A stretch of 64,000 nucleotides of DNA from Podarcis pityusensis (taxonomy: Eukaryota): the NCBI GenBank assembly GCA_964106645.2, contig OZ067052.1; one strand, 5' to 3'. Each line of letters starts with the position of its first letter. Within the stretch, counting starts at the first letter, position 1. Under the pieces are notes generated by a model. It worked only from the letters and a program-made list of their open reading frames with translations, was not told where the DNA came from and searched no databases. Made by a program: the position numbers and the translations under genes. Positions 14,900-26,900 of this stretch are shown one piece after another.

Positions 14900-15303
14900 A
14901 TGGGACTTTTGGGGACAAGCTGGACCAATTCAAAAGGGATGGGCTCCACCTGAACCAGTTTGCTGGCACCTAAAATGAAAAGGGTGGCAGAGCTTTTAAA
15001 CTCCTAGTCAATGATGGCTTGTACTACTTCCAGTATCGGTTAGCAGCCTGCCTCTGCACATTAGTTTCTGTGTACCAATGGCAGGGATACCTTTTACACT
15101 TGGGTCTTCACTGTGGGCTTCCCTTTGGGGCATCTGCTCAGACTCTGTGAGAAGAGGATGCTGGACTATATGGGCCTTTATTTGGATTCAGCAGGATTGT
15201 TTTTATGAGGTATCTCTTTCCCCACAAGGTTTCCCTTTTGCTTCTGGACAAGGAAGCGTGTAAGACTGTTGCAGCACGTTCACCTTACAGAATATCAGAT
15301 ATA

Positions 15304-15543
15304 CAGTCGTCCTCCGAAGTCGAACAGAATCCATTCCCGAAGTCCATTCGACTTTCAAAACGTTTGGGAACCAAGGCACAGTTTCTGATTGGCAGCAGGA
15401 AGCTCCTGCAGCCAATCGGAAGCCGCAACGGGTGTTCGGGTTCCAAATAACGTTCGCAAACAGGAACAATCATTTCCAGGCTTGCGGTGTTTGGGAGCCA
15501 AAACGTTCATCATGAAAGGCATTCAACTTCTGAGGTACGACTG
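15304..15543. mobile_element. Second Tc1/mariner-type MITE family, 240 bp
   Basis: TA|CAGTCGT-CCTC...GAGGTACGACTG|TA with a TA TSD on both sides. Internal palindrome TCTGATTGGCAGCAGG-AAG-CTCCTGCAGCCAATCGGA. Confidence 0.8.
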
Positions 15544-15746
15544 TACTGCAACAAGGAAAGAAGCCCAAGAGGTGAAGTAAATGGTCTTACCTTGTGTTTG
15601 TATGGTGCAGCCTAGAAGAGGTGGCTTCCTTTTTTTATTGTTTCTTGAGAGCTATATACAAACTAGCCCCCCTCCCCTGCTGAAAACCTCCACAGCCTTG
15701 ATCAATAAATGAAAACACCATCCTCTGAAGCAATAAACTTGACATG

Positions 15747-18700
15747 TTTATTAATTAAACTATCACTTAAATAAAAAAGTGCATAGAAAATAAACATGTT
15801 TAAAAACTCCTTTTTTTGTACAACTATATACACTTGTTTTTACATTCAGTCTTTCATGGAACTTTTCAGTCATTTCTTGAACTACTGAAAGTACTTCCTT
15901 CATCCCTGTGACGATGACAGGGAATTAACACTGATGCAGCACGAGAGACGCGTTTCCTCTTTTTAAAGAAAACAAACAAACAAACAAAAACCCAAACAAT
16001 CTGGAAGAACACAAGAAATAAAACGAAGAGAGAGAGAGATTGGTTTTACATGATAAGTTGCTTTTTCTCTGGAACAAAACCCTGTTTGCGTAGCTTTTGC
16101 ACGGTTTGAGACAATTATTCACTACCTTGAGCTATTAAAAGACGGCTACGTTGAATCAAAGGAACATCACGAGCACAGTTCTCGGCTGAGAGGCAAAGCT
16201 GCAGGACCTTGTTAAGGTACCAGGAAAACAGATGACGCTGTTTTGGTACCTCAACAATCAGAACCCAGGAGGAGGCAGCGAAGGCGGCAAGAAACAAGTT
16301 GTACAAGAACTGACTGTTAACACTGAAGGTCAGGAGAATTCATAGCCAAGCCCCCAACAGCTTCCTGGGGGTTTACATGCAGGCAGACTGAGCCAGAGCA
16401 TCCACCCCCCGGTCCCTTACCCAGTCCTCCTTGGAGGAGGGAGACGTCAACTGGCCCCGAAGCCTCTGGCTTGCTGGTTTTCCTGCCTTTTGAGCAACTG
16501 GAACACAACTCTTATCTATAGTGTTAAAGAGAATTCAAAGCCAGGCTTCAAGACATGGTGCAGTACGATATTTGTTCCTATATATACCATATTTATAGTT
16601 ATAAAAACTTGCAGGTGTGTGGGAGGAGGAGATGGTGGAGGGGAGGAGGATGGAGCAGCAATCTGGGTGAGAACGACATGATTCTGCACAAAGAACAAGA
16701 ACCCGGTATTGCTTCGCAAGGGAGGACAATGAAGAGAAGATTATTATACCCCAGCCCTTTGCAGTGACCCGCTTTTCCTTTAAAAAAATAAACACCTTAA
16801 AGGTTTGACTCTTAGTATTCTCAGGTATCATGATCTCTGTCAGTCCTTAGAAATTATACATTCATATTGCCAGGAAGCCGCGTGGAGCTCCTCCCTTTGC
16901 TCCACGGATCAGAGTCAACACAACTGGCCAAGACCCCAACCCTTCCTTCTCTCCGTTCCTGCTGGCCTCCCCATGGAGCCCAGGCACAGTGGCATGCATG
17001 CCTTCTTCCCTTGGGTTACTGGCCATAGTGGCTGCCTGCTGCTGAGCTCAGTCAGAACAGGGTTTAGCAGCAGCAACAGCAGCAGCAAATGTCCGTGAGC
17101 TTGGACCCCAGTCCAGCTCTGCCCTGAGCCACATGCTTGTGCTCCTCCTCCTCCTGTTCCTTGCTTGGAACTTCCTTGTGGAAGAGAGGAAGAAGCAAGG
17201 GACGGAACTCTCTTTTGACCTGGCAGCAACTGGCCCAGGGCTTTGGTAGCAGCAGGGGACACACAAATTATGTTCCTCTTTGGCCCACAGGATGTGGCAA
17301 CCTGGAACAGGAAAGCTGGAGGGCTACTCGATTCCCCAAAAACTCTGCCACATTCACCACAGGCAACCCAAACTTGGGTTTTGCGCCCTCCCCCATAGGA
17401 GAAATGGACACATGCCCTGTACCACTCCAGCTGGAGCGGAAGGCTTAGTAAGTGCTGGCCTGTCCTCCCCAAGGCAACTGGAAGCTGGGCTGCAGGAGAG
17501 GCAAGATCTTCATAGGGAATGTGCTTGTTGGCCCAAAAGAAGCCTGGCTGCTGCTGCGGCTTTACTAGGCAACCATAGGAAGGTTTGCTTGCAGTTTCAG
17601 AGCCAAGGAAGTTTAATCTGGTGGCATGAGATGGAGCAGACCAGAAATGTTGGGTTACTGAGGTGTGGCATGGTGGGATTTTGGGCTCTTCCCAAGAGAG
17701 AGGAAGGTCAGGGGGTCCCCTCTGTGCTGTACTCCCACCCCCATGTTAAAACCCAGCATCAATGCTGGGTTCAAAACACCTCTGGCAGATGTGTGTGTAT
17801 CTTCTCTCCCACAATGTGTAATTCGAGGTCCAGCCGAAGCTTCCAGAAAACTGGAAAGGTTCTCCCCACTGCCCCCACTGCTCTCTAGAGGAAGGTTCAG
17901 ACTGCAGGCCTGGCCAGCAACCTCCTAAAGCCCATCCTATTAAAATAATAAGGTCATTAAAAACTGATTCTTTTAAATTAGGATGACAACCACAATTGAA
18001 AAAATAGTTTCATAAGTGCTCTTCGCTATGAAGTGCTTCTCATAGAAAAATATACAAAATATATTTACATTTACAAAACCTTAAATACTAAACTGTAAAC
18101 AGAAGAACCAAGTAAAATCCAATGACATAATAATTCAAGAGGGTGCAACTGAAGGAGGCTGAAAGGAAGTTGTGCTGCTTGTGTTTGCTTTTAAACGGGC
18201 ACATGATCCCACTAGGGAGATCCATCCCCTTTTGGGTCCCCCAATCTTGGACCAGGGAACCCATAGCCTTCAGCTCACTGGGAGTGTTGGCACTCCCTGC
18301 CTTTTCCTATGTCAGAGAGCAGCTGGTAGGGAAGGAAATGATATCAGCTGCTGTAGGCTGGTGCTCAGAGAGGCGCCAGGCCCACTGCCTGAGGGGCTCA
18401 GTTTCCTCTGGAGGCCCAACTGGAGGGCAGACGCAGGGCAGGGAGAGGGCTCTAGGGACTGAATGCTTGGCAGGACAGCCTGCTTCCTAGGGCAGGGAGT
18501 CCTCCTTGGTTGCACTTCTAACCTAACCTCATCCAAAGCGCATGGAAGCCCTCAGTCCTCATTGCTTGCCTGCTCAAATACTGATGAGCTATTCCTCGAC
18601 AAGTCATGGGAATTTCAGGGAACAGCCAGACAGAGGCAAGACACAAGGGCAGCTCACGGAGACCTGCAGGCCATGTCTCCAAGTCTGAGGAGGCAAGGGC

Positions 18701-18984
18701 CCACCAAAGTGTGCGGGAAGGGAAGCCCCACCTCTCAAGGCAGTCCTTGGCTGCTGCAGCAGCCCAACACTCCAGCAGTTTTCCTTGCAAGACGGGACAA
18801 CGAAGTCCATCATCTGGGCAGGACCCTTCACAAAGCCAAGGAGGCAGCAAACAATACCAGGCCTCGGCCACCTGCTGCCTGGCTTGACCCACTTGCCGTG
18901 GGAGGGCCACCCCACCCACCCCACCTTCCATACGCCTGAGACTGGCGGAGCCCAACCCCTATGACAGCCAGGTCAGGTCAGCGT
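15747..18984 (-). other. KMT2A long 3'UTR ending near AATAAA (minus, 15752-15747)
   Basis: About 3.2 kb after the stop codon with no recognisable transposon, containing AU-rich blocks and Pumilio-type motifs. The polyA signal is followed on minus by U/GU-rich sequence. A second AATAAA lies at 15639-15634. Confidence 0.65.
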
Positions 18985-19260
18985 TCAGTTGAGGAACCGG
19001 CGGCATTTCTTGGCACCGCAATTGCAGGGCAGCTTGTTGCTGGCGTCTTCGATAGGGAACTTGTAGTCGTAGGTCAGCTCCTCGCCACGGTAGATCTTGC
19101 GCATGGCAAATATGACTATGTGCTTCTGCCCATCAATGTTGATGACTCGGGAGTAGCAGTTGGGCTCACAGGAGTGGTTGATGAAGCGGGCTGCGTTCCC
19201 GTGCATGGTGGCGTCCACCACCTCAGAGTCATCAATGCGGAACATGTAGCAGCCGATGCC
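18985..19260 (-). CDS. KMT2A: KMT2A last coding exon (SET C-terminal half and post-SET)
   Basis: [35 protein letters not shown]...ELTYDYKF...[13 protein letters not shown]. Confidence 0.95.
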   Translation of the reverse strand, partial: GIGCYMFRIDDSEVVDATMHGNAARFINHSCEPNCYSRVINIDGQKHIVIFAMRKIYRGEELTYDYKFPIEDASNKLPCNCGAKKCRRFLN

Positions 19261-20930
19261 CTGGGCCAGGAGAGGAGGGGGCAGGGAGAGAGGATGGGCT
19301 GGTTTCAGGTCACAGGGCACCACCACAGCTAACCCTTCAGACAAGACCAGCTGCAACATAAAAGCCAACCCATGCCTGTTCAACACACCTTTTAAAAGGT
19401 TGCCAAAGGACATGGCTCACACATGCCAGGGAGACTGACTGATGGGTGTCTGTATTTATTTGAGTCTGTGAAGTTTCTGTGAATTGTTATAGGTCTTTAT
19501 TATAATGTATTCTTTATTTATGACTTATACTTTTGTTTTAAAAAGAAAGTAAGCCACTTGGAGATTTTTTTTAAGCAGAGGCTGGTTGGCCATATGTCAT
19601 GGAGGCCTTAGCTGGGATTTCTGCATTGCAGAGGATTGGACTAGAGGACCCTCCCAACTCTACAGTTCTATTTCTTTTTTGTGCTGCAAGCATAAGACCA
19701 CTAATCATAATAGTACAACTGGAGGCCTCATTCCAATCAGGTTTTACATTTCAGCCTATGTCGTAAGAGTGCTGCTAAGGCTGGCAACCTGATGGCTTTC
19801 CTGTCCAAACACGGAAAGGCTGAGCCTTTCCCCAAACCTTAGCCTAATAAGGCTCAAGGAGCCCCAAACCAGTTTCCTGAATAGGGAAGGCGGGAGCAGA
19901 GCCAGCTCCAGATCCCAGCATGAGGATTTGCTACACACACTAGCAAAATCTGGGATGGAGAGCCATACCTTCTATGATGGGGGGGGGGGGGCGGAATGCA
20001 TGGCAAGAGCCCCACAACCCTTCCACCCTCTCTGCCCCAGCAGTTGCCAGATCTTGCAGCAGCCCCTGCCTGCACCTGAGAAGGACCTGACTACCAGCTC
20101 CTAGGAAAATCAGGTACCAATCCTGTCACCTCAAGAGGCTCCTAGGACAAAATGTCCTTTCCTGATGGGAGAACAAGGGCCACTGCGAGGGAGGACTAGC
20201 TGCTCTCTGAGCCATCTTCTGCTTCTGTTTTCCTGAAGGCAATAGCAACAGAACCTCTCTCCTCAGCAACCCAGAAAAGGATTACAGGCAAGCTGTCACC
20301 CTACCTGCACTGGGAGATGGGCAGGAAGGAAGGGTCGCCAACCCACTAAAGGGTAAATTCAACTTAATTTACATAATCCTGCCTAGTGAAGCAAGTGGGA
20401 GGGACAACCCAGCCGAGGATCCCCCTCCCTTCTGCAGAAAAATCAACCTCTTCCTGTGCAGCCACCACTTCTCATCCCTCTTTTGCTTCCAAGGCTTAAG
20501 TGCTGGCACTTGCCTTACATAAGGAGGAACTGCTCAAGTGCTGGCAGGGTGACCCCTGCACTGTGCATTCCAACCAAAGAACCCAGGGCCTGCTTTTCCC
20601 AGTGCTTTACTGAAGGCCTGGGCAGCCCTTGTTCTCACTCAGGAGAACCCCAGGGCCCCTGTGGCCAGCACTCATGACCAGCTGGGTTTCAGCAGTGCCT
20701 CCGCTGTTGCTAAGGTTTACCTTGCTGTCGTAGTACTTCTCACGCTTGTCAGTTAGGATGGAACGGATCACGTTGCCGGCATACTCGATCACCATCTCTC
20801 CTGCATCGATGTTTCTTTTGCAGAACAGGCCCCGGCCGTGGATAGGAGACCTGCCAAGGAGGAACACACAGCACAGCCACTGGTGTTAGGTGCTGCAACC
20901 ATAGAAGTAGCAAGCCTCACCCTGAACGTG

Positions 20931-20970
<40 letters not shown>

Positions 20971-23900
20971 CAACCCAGCTAGGAGCAGATCTGTCCACAT
21001 GACCTAGGAGAGTCGTTCCAGGCACCTTCTCATTGGTGTTCTGCTAAGCCCTGCTGGCTTAGACTGTTCTACCCTCCCCATCGTTTATCCTGCTAAGGTG
21101 GCCTCCACCTACCAACAGCGGAGAAGAGCAGGCGTGGGCGTGGCGTGCGTCCTGGTGGGGTCCAGCGGGAGCAGCTGTGATGGAACCCCACCGGGATTGC
21201 GCTGCCGGGGGCAATGTGCTCCCCCTGCCCCCCTCTTCCTCCGCCAGTGCCTACCAACTCCCACGCACCTACCTGTAGACACCAACTGCCTCCTTGGAGG
21301 TTTTCTTCAAGTGTCGGAACCGCATGGGCATGGGGAGGTCCATGCTGGTTGCCCTCCTGAAGAGAGGAGGAAAGAGGCTGCTTGAGAGAGTTCAACCAAT
21401 GGGGCCTTTGAGCTGCCAAGCCCCACCTTGCTCCACAAGCCACTTTGCAGTGCCAACTGCTGAGAGGCTGGCTTATGAGGCAGCTGCAGGAGGCAAAATC
21501 TGCACCCCTTCCCCGTTCTTTAGTTTCCCACCACTGCCGACGAGATCAAAAAGGAGCAGCCTTCTAGCCCTCCCCACCAACTCGCCTCCGCACCCGCTAT
21601 GTACCGGGCAGACTTCAGCTGCACCTCCTCTTCCTCCTCATCGTTGGGGTTGTACTCTGGCGGCTGGCGGTGCTTAGAAGCCAGGAAATTGAACATGTCG
21701 AAGGCAGACTTCCTGCAATGCAGATCCAAGAGGTGTGAGACTGGCTCTCAGGGTTAACGGGCTGCCTTACAAGCCACACAATGCTCCTCTCTCCTCCAGG
21801 ACAATGCGACATTCCCAGACCGGCTACCAGAAGCCCACTAGGCTCTACACTGGCTCCCCATATTGTGTGGAGAAACTTCAAAGTGTCTTGTCTGAGCTAA
21901 AACCACAGCAGCCCCTTTGTAGAGCTTTCTGTGGGATTCTAGCAACCTTTTCCTCCCTGGGGGTAGAGATACTCTGGTCTTCCATCATGTGACCCTCCTT
22001 GTCTTGGACAGTTGGGGTAGTTAACCCTCTCCTTCCTGGATTTCTCCTATATGCCAACTAGGGAGAACCTGGGCCCATGTCTGTTCAATGATGACAGGCT
22101 ATTTATGTGCCTCCCTCCCAAACTGATATTTGAAGAATTTATTTTCACTGTCTCTCCACAGAAAGCCTCACCCCCAAACCACTGAAGGGTCTCTGAAGTA
22201 GGTGCTTTGGTTTTATGAGAGCAGAGTCTGCCACTGACCTGAGGTGCACTTCAGCTCTGGCAGAGCCATGGGGGTTCACTGGGGGCTCCTTGGCCTCCTC
22301 TGGCTTATGGAACCGGAACTTGTAGTTATGGCAGTGCTTTGCTCCAGACAGCTGTTCTATCAGGAACACAACAGCATCGTGCAGAATTCCCAGCATCCTC
22401 AATCCGCTCACACCTGGAATAAGGAGAGAGTAGGCAGGGAAGGCAGCTTGCTGGTAGAAGAGACTGTCCAGCCCAGGCTGAGCCCAGTGGCTCCCTTCAG
22501 TCCTCCTTGTAAGAAGAAGCCTGGTGGTGGTGGCTGCAACATGGCCCAGCCTTTAGGCAAGAAGCAGCTCAAGAAACTGGTGGAGCAGCTCAAATGGGCC
22601 CAAATCTCCACGGCCAGGCATGGGCTTAAATGATGCAGAGGGTGTCCCAAAAGAAGCACAAACCCCATTCTTTGTCCTTAAGCTGTTTGTACAACCAAAG
22701 TACTGTATCCTAAGAAAACAGGGCATCCTGTGAGATTCTTTCTAGTGTTTATGTAGCGCAAGGAAGCAGGCCCAGGTGCAAAGTCCCTGCCTAGGTCTTG
22801 GCCTACAGGACAGCAGTGACATTCAAGGCAGTTTCTTATTGTCTTCCTATCCATGCAAGGAGTTTGGAATTTCCAACCCTGCTGCTGCCTTTCTTACCTG
22901 CGAAGGATAGCTGCTTCAAGCGGGCATTGGAACGAGCCTCCTGAACCTTGTCAGTTAGGGATTGCCAGGCCTCTGAGGTGAAGATAAAAAAGAAATGATT
23001 CAGTGGGAGGGAGGAGTGTCCCAGAAAAGCTTCCCTTTCGTTCCTTTTTAAACCGTAAAATTCACAATTGCTGCCAGGTGGCTCTGCATTCCTGCAGACT
23101 TCACGCAGGGCTGTCCCCTGCAGCAAAGCAGTTAAAGGTGACCTTTGTAAGATGAGCACAGCGAAAATGCATCTAACCCCAAAGCAGCTGCAGCAGATGT
23201 CACCTGCCCCAACTGCCCCCTTTCCCACCTTCAATACTTTCAGCACAGATCTGAAATCCATCATCGCTTGAGATCTCAAAGATCAATCCTTTCTTGGGCT
23301 TCTTCTCAGCGAGGCTCTCCTTTCTCTTCCGCTCTTGCTGCAACCAGAACATGAGTGGGGAGCTGAAAGTGCTCTCTTCATCCTCAGAAGCTCTGGAGTC
23401 TGGAAAGAAAACAAGATCTTCTTACCTCCAGAGTCCTTGGCAAAGCCAAAGCCACCAAATAATGAACATTAAGAATGTAGGGAAAGGCTCTCATGAACTA
23501 AGAGAGCTGCCAAGGGCTCTCTCAAGCAGGGCTGTCATACAAGGAGAATCATAGGGCAAGTTTACAACTGGGAGTAATAATAGTAATTTTATTACTGATA
23601 TCCTGCCCATCTGGCTGGGGTTCCCCAGCCACACTGGGCGGCTTCCAGCAAGGTATAAAAACATAATAAAACAAAAAATTATTTTGAAGATATATGTGCC
23701 TTTCCAAGTGGAACGTCTGTGAACTGCTGCTTGGTTTGTACTTGAGGTCGATGGACAACATACCTGTGGGCTCTTGCTCACTTGCAGTGCTCTGTGCTGT
23801 CTGTGATTCTGGAACAGATGCCGTTTGCCTGTAGAGAGAAGCACAGCTGGAAATGATGCAAGAATCCGCTCCTGTTTCAACAACTGAAGCCTTTTAGGAG

Positions 23901-26900
23901 TTTTGATTCCCCAGCAGATGCCAAAGGGAGAAGCTAAACAAAACACTCTGAGCCGTGAGTCTCCACTGGATGGAGAGGCCTGCTACTTATAATACGTTTT
24001 GCTGAGTGGCAAGCACTCCAAAAAATGGACCAAGCCACAGCACAGCACTGCCCGTCCTTCTAAACAGTAGGGCAGGTGGAAAATTGGGGTGTTCAATGCA
24101 AAGAACATCACTTGGAGCTTTCTGAGAGGGGTCTCCATGTTTTATGCAAGTAGAGAAAACTTAAAGCCTCTGAGGTCAGCAGTAGAGTGACCCTACCGTA
24201 GACTCTGGTTATCAATGTTTTATTGTTGGAACTGCCCAAAACATATTAAGAAGTATGGTTGCTTTCTTGGGGCAGAACAATGTTTGTGCAGCCAGGCACA
24301 CGTGTACCTCTGCCTGCCAACATCCCTCCCGCCCCGCAAGCATACATCAAACACAGACACTCTTGATGTGACCACAACCTGAGAGACTGCCTTACCTGTC
24401 TGCCACTTTGGGTGGGGGCTGCTCTACACTTGCGGCCCCTTCCTCTTCTTCCTCCATGTGCATCTTCAGGGTAGGAATCCTGGAACAGACAAGATTATTC
24501 AGGGATACAACAATGACTAGTCACAAGCCAGATAATGCTCCACTTGCAGCCAATGCAAAACTGACCTCTCTGGCTCTCCAATAAGCAACATTTATCAAGC
24601 AGCATTTACAAGAGAAACTCCATTTTAAAAACATAGCTGTTGGGTTTTCTAAAGGAATCTCTCATAATAATATGGAGTCAAAGAGGTGATCTTGAGCTGC
24701 CACTGAGACAGTCAAATCTAATTTCTACCCCCCCCCCACTTTCCCACTTAGAACAGTCCCATCACACCCACTGCTGCAAATAAAGCAGATCAGTAGCATG
24801 TGCAGCTTCTCCCTCTTTCCTTCAAAGAAAAGGCCCTCAAGCATCACAGCTCATATTCAGGAGCTGCATCAAATACACGACAGCTTCCTGGTTCAAATGT
24901 ACATTGGCAGAAAAGCAGACTGCCTGCTGGCTTCTGAATGAAGCTTGTTTTCCATCTAGGCTTTGTTACAGAAGTTTCTACAGCAGAAGTACTAAAGAAA
25001 CAAAAAGGATGTCAGGTTCAGGAGGGGCTGGGAAAACAGGGGGGAGACCAAAGACCTCCATCTCTTACCCTCCAGCCAAGTCCTGGGCTGCAGAGTTGGT
25101 GCCTTGCTGGGGAATGTGCTTCTCAGGGGAGCTGGACCAGAAGTGAGACATCTTGTGCTTCTTCCCAGACCCTTTGCTGATGCTGCTGTCTGATGAGGGC
25201 TGAGACCGTTTCACTTTGGCTTTGACCTTCATGGAGGAGCTTCCAAGCAGCTGGTCAGAGGATGCGGAGCTTGCGGGAGAAGTTGAGCTGGCACGTGTGA
25301 CGGATGAGGTGGTCTTGTTTTGCTCCAGTGCTGCAGGGTTAGTGATGTCCACCAACTGGGGAAAGCCTGAATGCGGAGGAGCTTGGGATGGCGCAAGGTC
25401 CACCTGAGGCGGGACGGCACCAGTTTTGCTGGCCAGGATCTGTGTCAGAGGCCCAGGCTGGTAAGATCCTTCGGGGTCAGTGGTCATGCCCATAGTCTGC
25501 GCAGAAGGCAAGACACAGATGCTGGATGCTGCCGTCCCCGCCACTGAGACTGTGGACTGAGCCGATGAGGCATCGCCTAGTGGTGAAAACATCCCGGAGC
25601 CAGATGGTGGCACTGTGGCGTGCTGCTCCGGAAGACCCAAGCTCTGTTGAGTGGCTTTGATTAAGAGGTTGCTGATGGAGCCCATGTCAGATACCCCTTG
25701 CAGCCCAGAGCTAGGTAGTGCAACGGACCCCTTCCCCAGCACATGTCCGCTGGGGACTGATGTGCCCGTGGAAGGTGCTGATGACGTCGGCATTGACACC
25801 ACATTCAGCATGGATCCAGCAGAGGCTAGGCCTGTCACTGGCCTGGTTGCAAGATGACCACTGTCTGGCCCAGCCACGCTAGGGGGTGTTCCAACTGCTG
25901 CTGCAGTTGCTCCCACCCCTTGGGGCAGCAGAGAGGTCTGCTCAAAGTACATTATCCCAGACTTTGAACGCTTGATGATATTGGGGACAGTTCTGTGGGA
26001 TGCAGGGTTACTGGCAGTTCCCAAATCTAGCAGGCCTGGATGGCTGGGGAGCTGGGAAGGAGTGAAGTTAATCAACGTCATGTTGGGGACCATGTCAGAT
26101 GGGGTGATGGCGGAAGGGGCAAGCTTTTTGTTCTTGCGCGATGGCAAGCGCGAAATTTGCCTTTTCTTGCTGAGGCCAGAGGGTGGCGTGGTGGCTGTGG
26201 ACCCAATCTCGGCTCTCTGATTTGCTTCGGGGTCAGGTGGTTGCTGGACACCAATCAGAAGTCCTGAGGCAGGACTGCCAAGGGAGGATGGGAAGCTGCT
26301 TTGGGGGGCTGCAGAAAAGGAGTGCAAGTGTTGATGATGGGGCATCGGCAGTAACCCTTTGCTGGTTGGTGGAAAGAGAGGCTGGGAGGAGGAAGGCAAG
26401 CTGGGGTTTACACCGGCCCCTAGTGCCAGCCCTGGGCCCAGGGGCCCAAGAACAGAAGCGCTGGCCTCTAACACGCCCTGCGCAGAACTGACAGAAGAGG
26501 TCAGCTGTATCTTTTGTGTGACACCATTGGGAAGAGTCTGAAGGACGTACAATGGCTGCATGTTCTGATTAACCACCAGGAGCTTTTCTGCAGCTGCCTT
26601 GAGGTGGAGGGGGGCTGTCTGCACAGCAGCATTGGAAATCTGAGATGGGCCAGGGTTCTCTGTGGAGTTTGGGCCATACTTAGGATTCTGAAGTGGGAGG
26701 GTTGGAGAAACTGGCACTTGGAGACCAGGTGTCCCGCTATTTCTGGCCAAGTCTTGGCTGGCTGAACGGCCTGGCTCTCCTGGTCCACATGGGGGGCTGG
26801 CTATGTGCTCTGCTTCCATGTGGCTTTGAATAAAGGGGTCAGGGGTCAGGTGTCCTTCAGGGCTTGGGTCCACTCGTGGGCTCAACAGAGCTGGCTCCCC

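Noticed and set aside
16915-18955. Several 100-200 aa ORFs in the KMT2A 3'UTR
   Set aside because: No homology or domain signal and no splice structure seen.
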